Of a stretch of DNA of 64,000 bases, positions 20,101 to 28,245 are shown piece after piece. How positions within the stretch are numbered: the first letter of the stretch is position 1; each line of letters opens with the position of its first letter. The stretch lies in the IMG/VR virus record IMGVR_UViG_3300046369_001149, positions 4,800 through 68,799 of that record. One strand, given 5' to 3'. This stretch comes from a virus. The notes under the pieces are model-generated. The model ran no database searches. It was not told where the DNA came from and was given only the letters and a program-made list of their open reading frames with translations. The position numbers and the translations under genes were made by a program.

Positions 20101-21285
20101 GTAATTAAAACTCCTAATGAAATTATTGATGGTAGGCATTTAGGAAATGTTTATGCTGAAAAATTAAAAAACGGAAAAATTAAAATAAAATTTGGCAAAG
20201 AATACTACGCTAAAGGTGGGGAAGTTTCAGATTTAAAAATGAAATTAGATAAACTTGACCCAAAAGGAAATACAAGCGTTGGTTATGACCAAGATTCAAA
20301 AGAATACTATTGGGAAGATTATAAAAACGACATATATCGTGATGGATATAAAAGCGAAAAAGATTCTTACAATAATCTAATTGGCTATTTAAAAAGTTAC
20401 GCTAAAGGTGGTATAATTACTTCTGAAATGTATGACCCCGAAATTCATTACCAAGTTGTTGTGAATGATGATTATGATAGCCCACTATATTTTAAAACTT
20501 TTGCTTCTGCAAAAAAATATACTCTTGCTAATGTGAAAAATCAAGATAATACAATCATAAGTCCGCAAGGAGATTCAATAGAAGTTGAGAAAAATCAATC
20601 CAAAAAAGATTTAGATTTTTTATTTGAATATAGTATGGCTAAAGGTGGGGAAGTTGCCGATATTAACAAATTCAAAAAACAATTAATTGCTAAAGCCAAA
20701 AGAAAAGGATTATACGAAAATTTTGGTCAAGCCGAAGTTAGAAAACTTGAAGATAAATACGGATATTCAAACAACGTAAGAGAATTTGATAATTGGGCTA
20801 TGAATTTCGACCTTTCTCAAATGGCTAAAGGTGGTTATGTAGATATTATAAAAGTAACTGAACCGAGAAGCGGTAAAAGAACAAAAAAACAAGTAAGCAG
20901 AAAAGATACTTATAGAGAAGCATTAAAAGAAGTTGATAGATTAAATGCAAAAAATAAAAATCCCGATGTGAAATTTGTAACGGGTAATATATATGCTAAA
21001 GGTGGTAAAACACAAGGCTACAATGACAAACTTGATGAATCATTAGGTAACACCAAAGGGAAGCGTTCTACTAAAGAGCAAAACTATAAAGACCGCAGAA
21101 ATGAATCCGAAGCAATGGAGAAAAAAGGCGGTAAAAGAAAGTATGCTCGTGTAAAAACAATGGATAAGGGTACTCGTAAAAAACGCAAAACCCCTATGAC
21201 ACTTGCTAAAGCTATTCGTAGGGATGGTGAAAAATGGCAAGATGCAGTTAAAAGAGCAACAATTATGATGAAAAAAGAAAAGTAG
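17122..21285 (+). CDS. GG-delimited polyprotein (putative virion core/cargo precursor)
   Basis: Lys-rich N-terminus, then about 16 [YFML]x[KAM]GG junctions separating unrelated modules. Confidence 0.7.
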   Translation: MTTKEIYESIDQSKISPKGKDFLQKAEKSTKGFTIENEKLETVMRKIYKDLKERKPEALKNVKVKTVEVTEKVPTTKTERKKDPKKTTKTVKKEVKKASGTKKNPKPTKTPSTPKEGKKEHISTRASKLAKKEGITFKEARAKISKLVKEESKKAEKQTEKELDKLLAFVRKESFEGEEKYPKTYGKQKPDDANLSQDAKRRAKPVGKRVSKNGKTYYEYRDNRSDRNSLPAPKGQYKYKGKTPPFLQAGGTLPTPFGQAGLVGETGAMNEIDLFAMGGDLPQGVHQYYAQTYNPAYPTPHGYAKGGKLDLDEYYSKMIDKLGKEGAFERVLKDSQFGKYKGQTDYQHNRLNKSAIINDGKVFLYDNKPKGDGSLKYSNKKTFTSPKDLAEYLDENEIFAKGGEIDAFIMSYVKGVPEENTNLKVDTQSFTAKLKKGGKLGFDGLAKKVAKRYEGKPVKKQFQNEYGKTYSKAEAMEVGRKVAGKVYRQQQSMEKGGELSMESYWDMMIKTNLDRIKRIDKIRNQPIKKLKEDKFNKNKSTKEIVDNLNELKKLRAVYKADNNKLISNFGGVKKYSEYLRKEKNENTLPFAKGGEIDGRYKVLLEKRDNSGKLYQPNLYWKGNNKNLISEKVKEAKKDFPERKVFVTDEVGDREIYNYAKGGEVIEYSKVYEILKDKIDEAVEDIYSTYEQAETSKGEEVESKSRDGFIPFTNGGYSSRWFEYSNMLEGSGIGLPTKSLDDKIEEFRERNREYGFERFEEEYPEIVKELGGIENVNYSELEDAGYSNEADDLDMFIQDDDDSVMMEVEAFYYTPNNDRGKNGKHTIQLSGVVNLEAPYHRSGNLEDYIVERFTFDSYKELEDKLDKGLAKVVSWFEGDMYDKNPRELKIRKMEAGGTLPTPFGQAGLVGETGTMNEMDLFAMGGDLPQGVHQYYANTYNPAYPTPHGYAKGGYIENEKIIPLNEVRKNPKLKREFLKGYYLAVFEKGKETAIGVIKTPNEIIDGRHLGNVYAEKLKNGKIKIKFGKEYYAKGGEVSDLKMKLDKLDPKGNTSVGYDQDSKEYYWEDYKNDIYRDGYKSEKDSYNNLIGYLKSYAKGGIITSEMYDPEIHYQVVVNDDYDSPLYFKTFASAKKYTLANVKNQDNTIISPQGDSIEVEKNQSKKDLDFLFEYSMAKGGEVADINKFKKQLIAKAKRKGLYENFGQAEVRKLEDKYGYSNNVREFDNWAMNFDLSQMAKGGYVDIIKVTEPRSGKRTKKQVSRKDTYREALKEVDRLNAKNKNPDVKFVTGNIYAKGGKTQGYNDKLDESLGNTKGKRSTKEQNYKDRRNESEAMEKKGGKRKYARVKTMDKGTRKKRKTPMTLAKAIRRDGEKWQDAVKRATIMMKKEK
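17864..18041 (+). repeat. 178-bp direct repeat, copy 1
   Basis: Near-identical to 19799-19976; encodes AGGTLPTPFGQ...PTPHGYAKGG. Confidence 0.9.
18031..21005 (+). repeat. dispersed 11-bp repeat GCTAAAGGTGG x10
   Basis: Exact copies at 18031, 18319, 18892, 19096, 19966, 20209, 20401, 20638, 20824, 20995, all in frame. Confidence 0.9.
19799..19976 (+). repeat. 178-bp direct repeat, copy 2
   Basis: Near-identical to 17864-18041. Confidence 0.9.
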
Positions 21286-21334
21286 ATGAAGCATAGTTTA
21301 AGGCATAATATTGTTTTATAAAATAAAATTTTAG

Positions 21335-21342
21335 TAAGTTTG
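21335..21342 (+). promoter_or_regulatory. Bacteroidota-type -7 promoter element
   Basis: TAAGTTTG upstream of ATG 21365. Confidence 0.55.
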
Positions 21343-21364
21343 TAATAATTTTAAATTTTTAAAT

Positions 21365-21832
21365 ATGAATATTCAAGACACAATTAATGAGTTGCAGTTA
21401 GAATCAGTAGAACTGCCAAGAATTTTAAATCAACGAGTAAAAACAATTATTGATTTACAAAAAAAGGTTGAGTTAGCCAAAAAAGAGGTTGAATCAGATG
21501 ACAATGAAGAAAACAAAGCCAAATTAGAGGAAATTAATGATTATTTAAACGAATACTTTACTGATGCAGTAGAGCAATTAAAATCTTTTGCTAAAAAGCA
21601 TACTGAAAAAATGAAAAAAGAAGCAGAATTAAAAGAGAAAGAAAAAGAAGCAAAAGTAAAAGATGAAGTTAAATCAAAAACTGAACAAAAAGAAGCAACA
21701 GAAAAACAAACTGAATCGGTAGAAGCAGAACCCCAAAAAGAAAAATCAAATGGTGGATTGGGTGCTTTACTTATTGGGGGTGTTATATTGGTTGCTACTC
21801 TTGGTGCGGTTAATATAATGCGAAACAGATAG
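21365..21832 (+). CDS. coiled-coil protein with C-terminal TM anchor
   Basis: Charged helix followed by GLGALLIGGVILVATLGAV. Confidence 0.65.
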   Translation: MNIQDTINELQLESVELPRILNQRVKTIIDLQKKVELAKKEVESDDNEENKAKLEEINDYLNEYFTDAVEQLKSFAKKHTEKMKKEAELKEKEKEAKVKDEVKSKTEQKEATEKQTESVEAEPQKEKSNGGLGALLIGGVILVATLGAVNIMRNR

Positions 21833-22095
21833 TGATAAAAAAAGTTTTAATAGCGAGTGGGTTTTTAATAGGTGGGTATTTTTTAATTAAAAAAGTGCTT
21901 CCTTCTATTTCAAAATCAAATAATTTAAAACTTAACGTACAAGAAACAAAATCTGCTGATGATGTTGTAAATGAAATATTAAATAATAAAAACAAACAAA
22001 GACAGAAAATTGAAAGGGAGTTAAAAACTCATTACAACAAAGATGGCTCAAAGAACAGAAAGTGGTTTGAAGCACGAAATAATTTTAAAGTTTAA
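21832..22095 (+). CDS. N-anchored membrane protein (paralog of next ORF)
   Basis: MIKK..GGYFLIKK.LP and TKSADDV shared with 22095. Confidence 0.65.
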   Translation: MIKKVLIASGFLIGGYFLIKKVLPSISKSNNLKLNVQETKSADDVVNEILNNKNKQRQKIERELKTHYNKDGSKNRKWFEARNNFKV

Positions 22096-22478
22096 TGATA
22101 AAAAAAATTATTATAGGAAGTGGAATATTATATGGGGGTTATTTTCTTATAAAGAAATTATTACCCGAATTTCACACAAAATATTTATCGTTAGATACAA
22201 AAAGTGCTGATGATGTTTTTGCAGAAAAAGAAAAAGTGAGAGCAGAGTTTGAGAAAAAAATGAGAGATGCCTTTCAAAAAAGATTAGGTACAAGAAACCC
22301 CGAAAATTATTCTTCATCTGAATTGTTAAGAAAAATGATGTTAGCACCAAATATTGATTTTGAAAAAATGTCAGACAAACAAAAATCTGATTTAGCAAAA
22401 TCATTTGGGGGTATAAAATGGAATCCAAATAATTTAGATAGTTATAGTGGGTATAAAGATTGGCAACCAAGTTTTTAA
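22095..22478 (+). CDS. N-anchored membrane protein (paralog of previous ORF)
   Basis: Same shared motifs. Confidence 0.65.
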   Translation: MIKKIIIGSGILYGGYFLIKKLLPEFHTKYLSLDTKSADDVFAEKEKVRAEFEKKMRDAFQKRLGTRNPENYSSSELLRKMMLAPNIDFEKMSDKQKSDLAKSFGGIKWNPNNLDSYSGYKDWQPSF

Positions 22479-22479
22479 T

Positions 22480-22773
22480 ATGGCTTATTCTATTTCATCA
22501 TATACAAAAGGTCAAGCACGAAAGTTGGGTGTTACTGTAAAACCAAGTAAAAAAAAAGGCAAAAAAATAGATGTCTTTAAAAAAGGTGAGAAAGTGGCAA
22601 GTGTAGGGGCAATAGGATATAAAGATTATCCTACTTATATGGCTCTTGAAAGAAAAGGTAAAGTGCCAAAGGGTACTGCTAAAGAACGTAGGAAGCTATA
22701 TAAAGTAAGACACAAAAAGGACAGAAATGTAAAAAACTCAAATGGCTATTATGCCGATAAATTATTATGGTAA
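22480..22773 (+). CDS. basic protein, DUF5754-like
   Basis: KK..V....VGAIGYKDYPTY...ERRKLYKVRH...GYYADKLLW; start reassigned to 22480. Confidence 0.6.
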   Translation: MAYSISSYTKGQARKLGVTVKPSKKKGKKIDVFKKGEKVASVGAIGYKDYPTYMALERKGKVPKGTAKERRKLYKVRHKKDRNVKNSNGYYADKLLW

Positions 22774-23141
22774 AAATAACAAGACAAGTGCCGACAATAT
22801 TAAGTGATTGGGCTTCTGCAATTTCACCTAATAACACCGCAGAAATGGTAAGGTTTTATTGTGTTAATGCAGTATTAGTTGGTACATATAGTCAGCCATT
22901 AGAAGTGGGTCTAAAACAAATATCGAAATACTTTGATTGGTTTTTAGATAAAAAAAGTATCAGTTGTAAAATTATAGATAATGTAAATCAAGAACTTGAT
23001 TGTTGTACTATTTCAAGTGGGGTTTATGAATTTATGGTAGATGGCAAAAAAGTAGTGGCAAGATACTCGTATGTTTTTAAAAATATAAATAACCGAATGA
23101 GGATAGTTAATCATCATTCATCTGAATTAGTTGAACTATGA
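22767..23141 (+). CDS. NTF2/SnoaL-like (CaMKII association domain-like) protein
   Basis: FYCVNAVLVGT...I.KYF..F...SGVYEF...ARYSYVF...IVNHHSS. Confidence 0.75.
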   Translation: MVKITRQVPTILSDWASAISPNNTAEMVRFYCVNAVLVGTYSQPLEVGLKQISKYFDWFLDKKSISCKIIDNVNQELDCCTISSGVYEFMVDGKKVVARYSYVFKNINNRMRIVNHHSSELVEL

Positions 23142-23317
23142 AAACAAAACAAATTAATTTAATAAATAGTTGGGGAAGCCCCGCAAAAAAAAATAAGTGG
23201 TCAATTTGTGTAAGGGTTTGGAAGCTAACCATAATTGATTTAGCTTATGTAATTAAAGATAAAGAACAATGCAATTCATTAAGATTAATAATTTTTAATT
23301 TAGGAATTGAAGTATGA
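23138..23317 (+). CDS. 59-aa hypothetical protein
   Basis: Fills the gap with ATGA overlaps at both ends. Confidence 0.5.
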   Translation: MKTKQINLINSWGSPAKKNKWSICVRVWKLTIIDLAYVIKDKEQCNSLRLIIFNLGIEV

Positions 23318-23523
23318 AAGATAGAGATATAGTCGCCCTTGTTACCTTTGCTTTGTTTTCAACAGAAGCATACGCACACTATTTAGTTGCTAAAAATGAA
23401 GGTAGTGAGAAGTTTAAATTTTACGTTCCTACCTTAAATACAACTTTAAAAAATTTAGGTGTAGTAGGAATTTTCTCAATCTTAAATGGAATTTTAGTAG
23501 AACAAGTAAAAAAAGCCCTTTGA
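23314..23523 (+). CDS. small membrane protein
   Basis: Two hydrophobic segments, TEAYAHY. Confidence 0.6.
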   Translation: MKDRDIVALVTFALFSTEAYAHYLVAKNEGSEKFKFYVPTLNTTLKNLGVVGIFSILNGILVEQVKKAL

Positions 23524-23660
23524 TGAAAACAGATGATAAAGAAAAAAAAGTAAATGGGGTACACCCAAACCTTTATAAAACATTTTTAATATTGGCAATG
23601 GTATCTTTTAGTTTAGGTGCTTTAGTGAATTATTATACACTTAAAAAAATAGCCAAGTAA
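23523..23660 (+). CDS. 45-aa membrane protein
   Basis: MKTDDKEKK...FLILAMVSFSLGALVNYYTLKKIAK, coupled stops and starts. Confidence 0.55.
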   Translation: MKTDDKEKKVNGVHPNLYKTFLILAMVSFSLGALVNYYTLKKIAK

Positions 23661-24124
23661 TGATAGTAAGTGGTAAAATTACTGATAGTTATGGTGCTTT
23701 AGATGGTGCTACAATAGTTTTATTAAGGGATGGTAAAAGAACAAACCTTGCAACAATATCAAATCAAGAAGGGAAGTTTGAAATTGAAAATGATGAAATC
23801 AAATCTAATGATGAATTTGAAATAAGGTATCTTGGTTTTGAAACAGTTTTTAAAAAAGCTAAAGATTTAAAAGATGCTAATATTTATTTAAAAGAAAGCA
23901 CAGAGGAATTAGATGAAGTAGTAGTAACTGCGGGTGATGATAAAGACGAAGATTCTGCTACAAGCGATTATTTAAACAAATTATTATCTAATTTAGGTAA
24001 GAAACCAAACACACCAATAAAAAGAGGAAAAAAAGAGTGGTATAAATCAACTGCATTTTTATTAGGAACATTAGGAATTATAACAATAGGCACAATCATC
24101 GTAATAATTAAAAAAACAAGGTGA
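23660..24124 (+). CDS. CarboxypepD_reg-like domain protein with C-terminal TM
   Basis: VSGKITD..GALDGATI...SNQEGKFEI...RYLGFET...LKESTEELDEVVVTA, the Bacteroidota TonB-receptor N-terminal domain pattern. Confidence 0.8.
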   Translation: MIVSGKITDSYGALDGATIVLLRDGKRTNLATISNQEGKFEIENDEIKSNDEFEIRYLGFETVFKKAKDLKDANIYLKESTEELDEVVVTAGDDKDEDSATSDYLNKLLSNLGKKPNTPIKRGKKEWYKSTAFLLGTLGIITIGTIIVIIKKTR

Positions 24125-24438
24125 TGGAAGAAAATGTTACACAAAATGCTTCAACAGAAGCAACACCAAATGTAGAAACTCAACCAACTACAAGTGAAGT
24201 TAGTATGCAAAGTGGTGGCTCTGTTAGTGGGGAAAAATTAAGTTTATTAGCAATAATGATGTTAGGATTAACAACCGCATCTTTAATTTATTCAATTCAC
24301 TATTACAGAAAAAAAGTTGAAAGTTTAAAAAGAGGTGAGTTTCAGCTTAAAAAAATGAAAGAAGATATAGATGCTCTAAAAAGGAAGCTAACAAACACAA
24401 ATAAAGGAAATAGAACACGATATGGCAGAATGGCTTAA
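24121..24438 (+). CDS. membrane protein
   Basis: MQSGG motif, central TM, coiled coil. Confidence 0.6.
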   Translation: MMEENVTQNASTEATPNVETQPTTSEVSMQSGGSVSGEKLSLLAIMMLGLTTASLIYSIHYYRKKVESLKRGEFQLKKMKEDIDALKRKLTNTNKGNRTRYGRMA

Positions 24439-25087
24439 TAAAGTAACGTATGGTAATTTAAACCAAACGCTATTAGAAAATATGCAGAAAATGTGTATTG
24501 CTGATGAGGTAATACCTTTATTAGAGGGTGAACTTAAAGACAAAATACAACCACCTAAAAATTCATCAGAAAAAACAAAAGATGAATTAACTTCAATGGT
24601 TGAAAAAGTATCAAACATAACCGATGAATCTAATGCGGAACACTTTAGAAGATTTAAAAGGTATGATAGGTCTTTAGTTCAAACAATAACATCAACTTTT
24701 ATGCAAAAAGGATTAGACGTAGAAGAAATATGTTTATCCGTTAATGATGATGTTGCACCAACAATTATTAAGCTAAAACAAAAATACCAAAGACCAAGAC
24801 CATATCAACTTGCAGAATACTACAAACTTAAAATGTTTCCTTACGAAACTTATTCAGGTCATAGCCCATCATATCCAAGCGGTCATACGATACAAGCATA
24901 TTGTATGTTAAGTGTAGTGGGTAATAAATATCCTAATAGTTATGATTTCTGTAAAAAAATGATAGACGACATAGCTTATAGTAGAGTTCATTTAGGATTA
25001 CATTATCCAAGTGATAATGATGCATCGTTTATTATAGGGCAAGAAATAATAAAATTAAAATCATTTTCAGAAAAATATAAAATATGA
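24422..25087 (+). CDS. PAP2-superfamily phosphatase / haloperoxidase-like
   Basis: K...RPRP, PSYPSGH, SR..LG.HYPSD (all three PAP2 motifs). Confidence 0.85.
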   Translation: MAEWLNKVTYGNLNQTLLENMQKMCIADEVIPLLEGELKDKIQPPKNSSEKTKDELTSMVEKVSNITDESNAEHFRRFKRYDRSLVQTITSTFMQKGLDVEEICLSVNDDVAPTIIKLKQKYQRPRPYQLAEYYKLKMFPYETYSGHSPSYPSGHTIQAYCMLSVVGNKYPNSYDFCKKMIDDIAYSRVHLGLHYPSDNDASFIIGQEIIKLKSFSEKYKI

Positions 25088-25548
25088 AAGACGAGAAAGA
25101 AACTAAAGTAATTAATTTAGTAACAAACAACGACACAGACAAGCCAAAAGAACAACTGACCGCAGATGGTCAAAAAGTTTTACCCTATATAACACTTAAC
25201 ATCAACCCCGTTGCTAAACCTCGAATGACACAAAGCGACAAGTGGAAAAAAAGACCCGTAGTTCAAAGATATTGGGATTTTAAAGATGAACTAAAAATGC
25301 TTTGTTTCTTATGTAGATGGCAACCTAAAGACGATTTAGATGTTACGTTTGTATTACCAATGCCTACATCTTGGTCTGAAAGAAAAAAGAAAAAGACAGA
25401 AGGAAAACCTCATCAATCAAGACCTGATTTAGACAACCTTATAAAAGCATTTAAAGATGCTTTATTGGTAGAGGATAGCCACGTTCACACTTATCATAAT
25501 ATGAAAAAAGTTTGGGGAAGAAAAGGGGCTATAATTTTAAAGAGATAA
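25084..25548 (+). CDS. rusA: RusA-family Holliday junction resolvase
   Basis: PVAKPR, F.LPMP.SWS, RPDLDNLIKAFKDAL..EDS. Confidence 0.85.
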   Translation: MKDEKETKVINLVTNNDTDKPKEQLTADGQKVLPYITLNINPVAKPRMTQSDKWKKRPVVQRYWDFKDELKMLCFLCRWQPKDDLDVTFVLPMPTSWSERKKKKTEGKPHQSRPDLDNLIKAFKDALLVEDSHVHTYHNMKKVWGRKGAIILKR

Positions 25549-25585
25549 ATTTTATTTTAGAAAATAATATACTACTTTTGTAATA

Positions 25586-26050
25586 ATGAGTAAGGCACAC
25601 AAAAAAATTAACAAAGGTATTTCACTTGTCTTTGAGGAAATACAAAAAACCATTAATGCAGTTGGTGAAAGAGGTTTTATCAAGATGCTAATTGAGTTAA
25701 GAGAGGATAACGAACTTACTTATCAAAACGAAATAGCTAAAGTGGTTATTAAAATTGTAGCAAAAGAATTTAATTTATCGGTCAAAGAGTTGTTGTATGG
25801 TTCTCAAAGAATGAATGACAAAACTCACGCACTTGGTATAGTAGCTTTAATATTAATGACTGAATTTGATTTTTTACTTAAAGAAGTGTCTTTTGTTTTA
25901 AATAAAAACAACACCAATTTATCAAGATACAAGTCAGAAGTTGAAAATTATGATGAGCAACACCCCCTTGACATCAAAAGAATAGAAAAATTGGAAAGCA
26001 TTAAACATCAATTAAAATTATATAAGAAACACTATGAGCAATCTAAATAA
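25586..26050 (+). CDS. DNA-binding protein, DnaA C-terminal HTH-like
   Basis: IVAKEFNLSVKEL...LKEVSFVLNKN; TACTTTTG box at 25573-25580. Confidence 0.45.
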   Translation: MSKAHKKINKGISLVFEEIQKTINAVGERGFIKMLIELREDNELTYQNEIAKVVIKIVAKEFNLSVKELLYGSQRMNDKTHALGIVALILMTEFDFLLKEVSFVLNKNNTNLSRYKSEVENYDEQHPLDIKRIEKLESIKHQLKLYKKHYEQSK

Positions 26051-27059
26051 CGAAGAAGAAAAAGCAGACGTTTCAGTAGAAAGTAACCAAGATTTTTATA
26101 GTGGTTACAGTCCTTTAGACGAACCCGTAACCGAAAGGGCTTATACAACACCCAACATTGATTCATCAAAATTGGAAGCAGAATTAGAAGAACCATCTTT
26201 TAATGCACCTAACTTTGAGGATTTTAATACAGAGGAAAGTGAGCCAAATAGTTTTAACCCCGCTATTGATAATTTAGACAAAAAAGAACAAGCGTATGCA
26301 ACCGAACAAATGGTTGATACTGTTTTAGATGTTTATGGAAAAGCACATTTAATTGCAAATAGGGTTACAAAACTCAAAGAACAAAAAATAGCAGATGCTA
26401 TGGAGAGTGGGGAAATAAGCCCATCTCTTGAAGTTCCTATTGATGAACAAGGTAATACATTAGGTCTTTTAGAATATGTACAAGAATATAATTCACAACT
26501 TGATGATGCAATTAAGTTAGAAGATGATTTTGTTCAAAAGGTAAGACCACCAATGATAAGAGTTTTCCAAAAGAAGGGTCTTGCTATGACCGATGAACAG
26601 TTTTTGTTGTTCGCATTTGGAAGTGATATTGTTACAAAAGGTGCTATGGTTTATCAATTAACAAAACAAAATAAAAAGTTATTTGATATGTGGAAAGAGC
26701 AATCTGCATATACACCGCCAAAACCAACACAAAAAACAAAAGCCGAACCAACGCAAAATACAGAGCAACCTTCGACAACAGAACCAAAAACAATTACAAA
26801 GGTAGATGAGGTATTTCAAGAACCCGAAGAATTTACCGCAGAAAGTATGGTAAGTGATATGATGGGTGGTAAAGAACAATCTAATTTTGAGAACACAACA
26901 CAATCAGAAGGTATGCCTACATTTGGCGACCCTGACATTCTTAAAGAATTAGATAAACTTTCAAAAGAAGAAACACCTAATATTATTGATGTAACACCCG
27001 TAGAAGAAGTAGAAAAACCTAAAAAGAAAAAAAGAGGTCGCCCAAGAAAAAACAAATAA
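26034..27059 (+). CDS. acidic hypothetical protein upstream of the packaging ATPase
   Basis: 341 aa, central helical region, basic KKKRGRPRK tail. Confidence 0.6.
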   Translation: MSNLNNEEEKADVSVESNQDFYSGYSPLDEPVTERAYTTPNIDSSKLEAELEEPSFNAPNFEDFNTEESEPNSFNPAIDNLDKKEQAYATEQMVDTVLDVYGKAHLIANRVTKLKEQKIADAMESGEISPSLEVPIDEQGNTLGLLEYVQEYNSQLDDAIKLEDDFVQKVRPPMIRVFQKKGLAMTDEQFLLFAFGSDIVTKGAMVYQLTKQNKKLFDMWKEQSAYTPPKPTQKTKAEPTQNTEQPSTTEPKTITKVDEVFQEPEEFTAESMVSDMMGGKEQSNFENTTQSEGMPTFGDPDILKELDKLSKEETPNIIDVTPVEEVEKPKKKKRGRPRKNK

Positions 27060-27127
27060 TAACTTTTGGTGATTATAGTAGTTTCAAAGTTGTGCTTTTA
27101 AGCTATTATAATATAAATAAATAAAGT

Positions 27128-27940
27128 ATGAGAGAACCAAAATTAGGAGTTGCAGTTGGAAAAAAAGGTGTAGGCAAAACTTACATAACTAATCAAATGA
27201 TTAGAAGCTATGTGAATGGAAATCCATCTAAAGGAGTAAAGCCAAGAAAAGCACTTATATTAGATGTTAATGATGAATATACCGATATAAAAGGATTACG
27301 TTTAAGAGATGTGATTAAGTTTTCCGCACACCCTACTGTTGAAGCAAGACGAATAAGACCATTTAATGATGATGGTATGAGAATGACCTTAAAGGAAATT
27401 CAAAATTGCTTATTTCAAATACTTAATGATTATAGGGGTGGTCTTTTACTTATAGAAGATATTAATAGATATATTTCAGACCACTTGCCAAATGACCTTG
27501 TAGGTGCAATTTGTACAAACAGACACACAGATACAGATATTATAATGCACTTTCAGTCAATAGGTCGTGTAACTTCAAAAATATGGCAAAACTTAAATTG
27601 GGTTAGATTCCATAAGAACACCGATAGCGTTGATAGACACATAAAAAAGTTTGAAGATAAATTCGAGTATCTAAAAATAGCTGAAATAATGATAAATACT
27701 CAATATTATAATGGCAACGAAAGATTCTTTTTGTTTGTTGATATAGATGCAGAAAAGATATTGGGTAATTTTGACAAAAAGCTACTTGACCAAGCTATTG
27801 ACGATTATATAGAAAAATATTATAGGAAAATAATCTCGCCTATGCTACAACAAAGAGATTTAAAGGGTAAGAAAAAATTTACCCAAGCATCAGCAGTTCA
27901 GTTCGTTAGGGATAGAATTGTTAAGAATTATTGCAGTTAA
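27128..27940 (+). CDS. FtsK/HerA-superfamily (A32/P9-like) genome packaging ATPase
   Basis: N-terminal Walker A GKKGVGKT, ILDVN, Walker B LLLIED, NRH arginine motif, HFQ; 270 aa with no nuclease domain; adjacent to the capsid candidate. Confidence 0.75.
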   Translation: MREPKLGVAVGKKGVGKTYITNQMIRSYVNGNPSKGVKPRKALILDVNDEYTDIKGLRLRDVIKFSAHPTVEARRIRPFNDDGMRMTLKEIQNCLFQILNDYRGGLLLIEDINRYISDHLPNDLVGAICTNRHTDTDIIMHFQSIGRVTSKIWQNLNWVRFHKNTDSVDRHIKKFEDKFEYLKIAEIMINTQYYNGNERFFLFVDIDAEKILGNFDKKLLDQAIDDYIEKYYRKIISPMLQQRDLKGKKKFTQASAVQFVRDRIVKNYCS

Positions 27941-28009
27941 GCACTATTTACAACTTCATTATTGCAAACATACATTGTTGTATGTAATAAAAATTATATT
28001 ACGAAATAA

Positions 28010-28017
28010 TATATTTG
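28010..28017 (+). promoter_or_regulatory. promoter -7 element for capsid operon
   Basis: TATATTTG in the intergenic region before 28076/28246. Confidence 0.55.
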
Positions 28018-28075
28018 CGTTATGCAATTCTGTAATTGCCATTTAATTATTGTTTAACCTTTAATTCATTCTGAT

Positions 28076-28201
28076 ATGAATACAACAAAACTTGTAACAC
28101 TTGTAGGAAAAGTTCTTACAGTAACTGCGGGAGTATTAGTCGCTTTTAAAGTACAAGAGATGTTAGCAAAACGTGGAGTAGCTTCACCTTCTGCTGAATA
28201 A
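28076..28201 (+). CDS. 41-aa membrane protein preceding the capsid gene
   Basis: MNTTKLVTLVGKVLTVTAGVLVAFKVQEMLAKRGVASPSAE. Confidence 0.6.
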   Translation: MNTTKLVTLVGKVLTVTAGVLVAFKVQEMLAKRGVASPSAE

Positions 28202-28245
28202 TCTTGTGATTTAATTTATTATTTAACTTTTTAATTTTTAACAAA

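Noticed and set aside
18031-21005. CRISPR array
   Set aside because: Repeats are only 11 bp, spacers are 160-860 bp, all lie in frame in one ORF, and there is no cas operon
27128-27940. Terminase large subunit
   Set aside because: Too short, Walker A at the extreme N-terminus, no nuclease domain, no portal nearby
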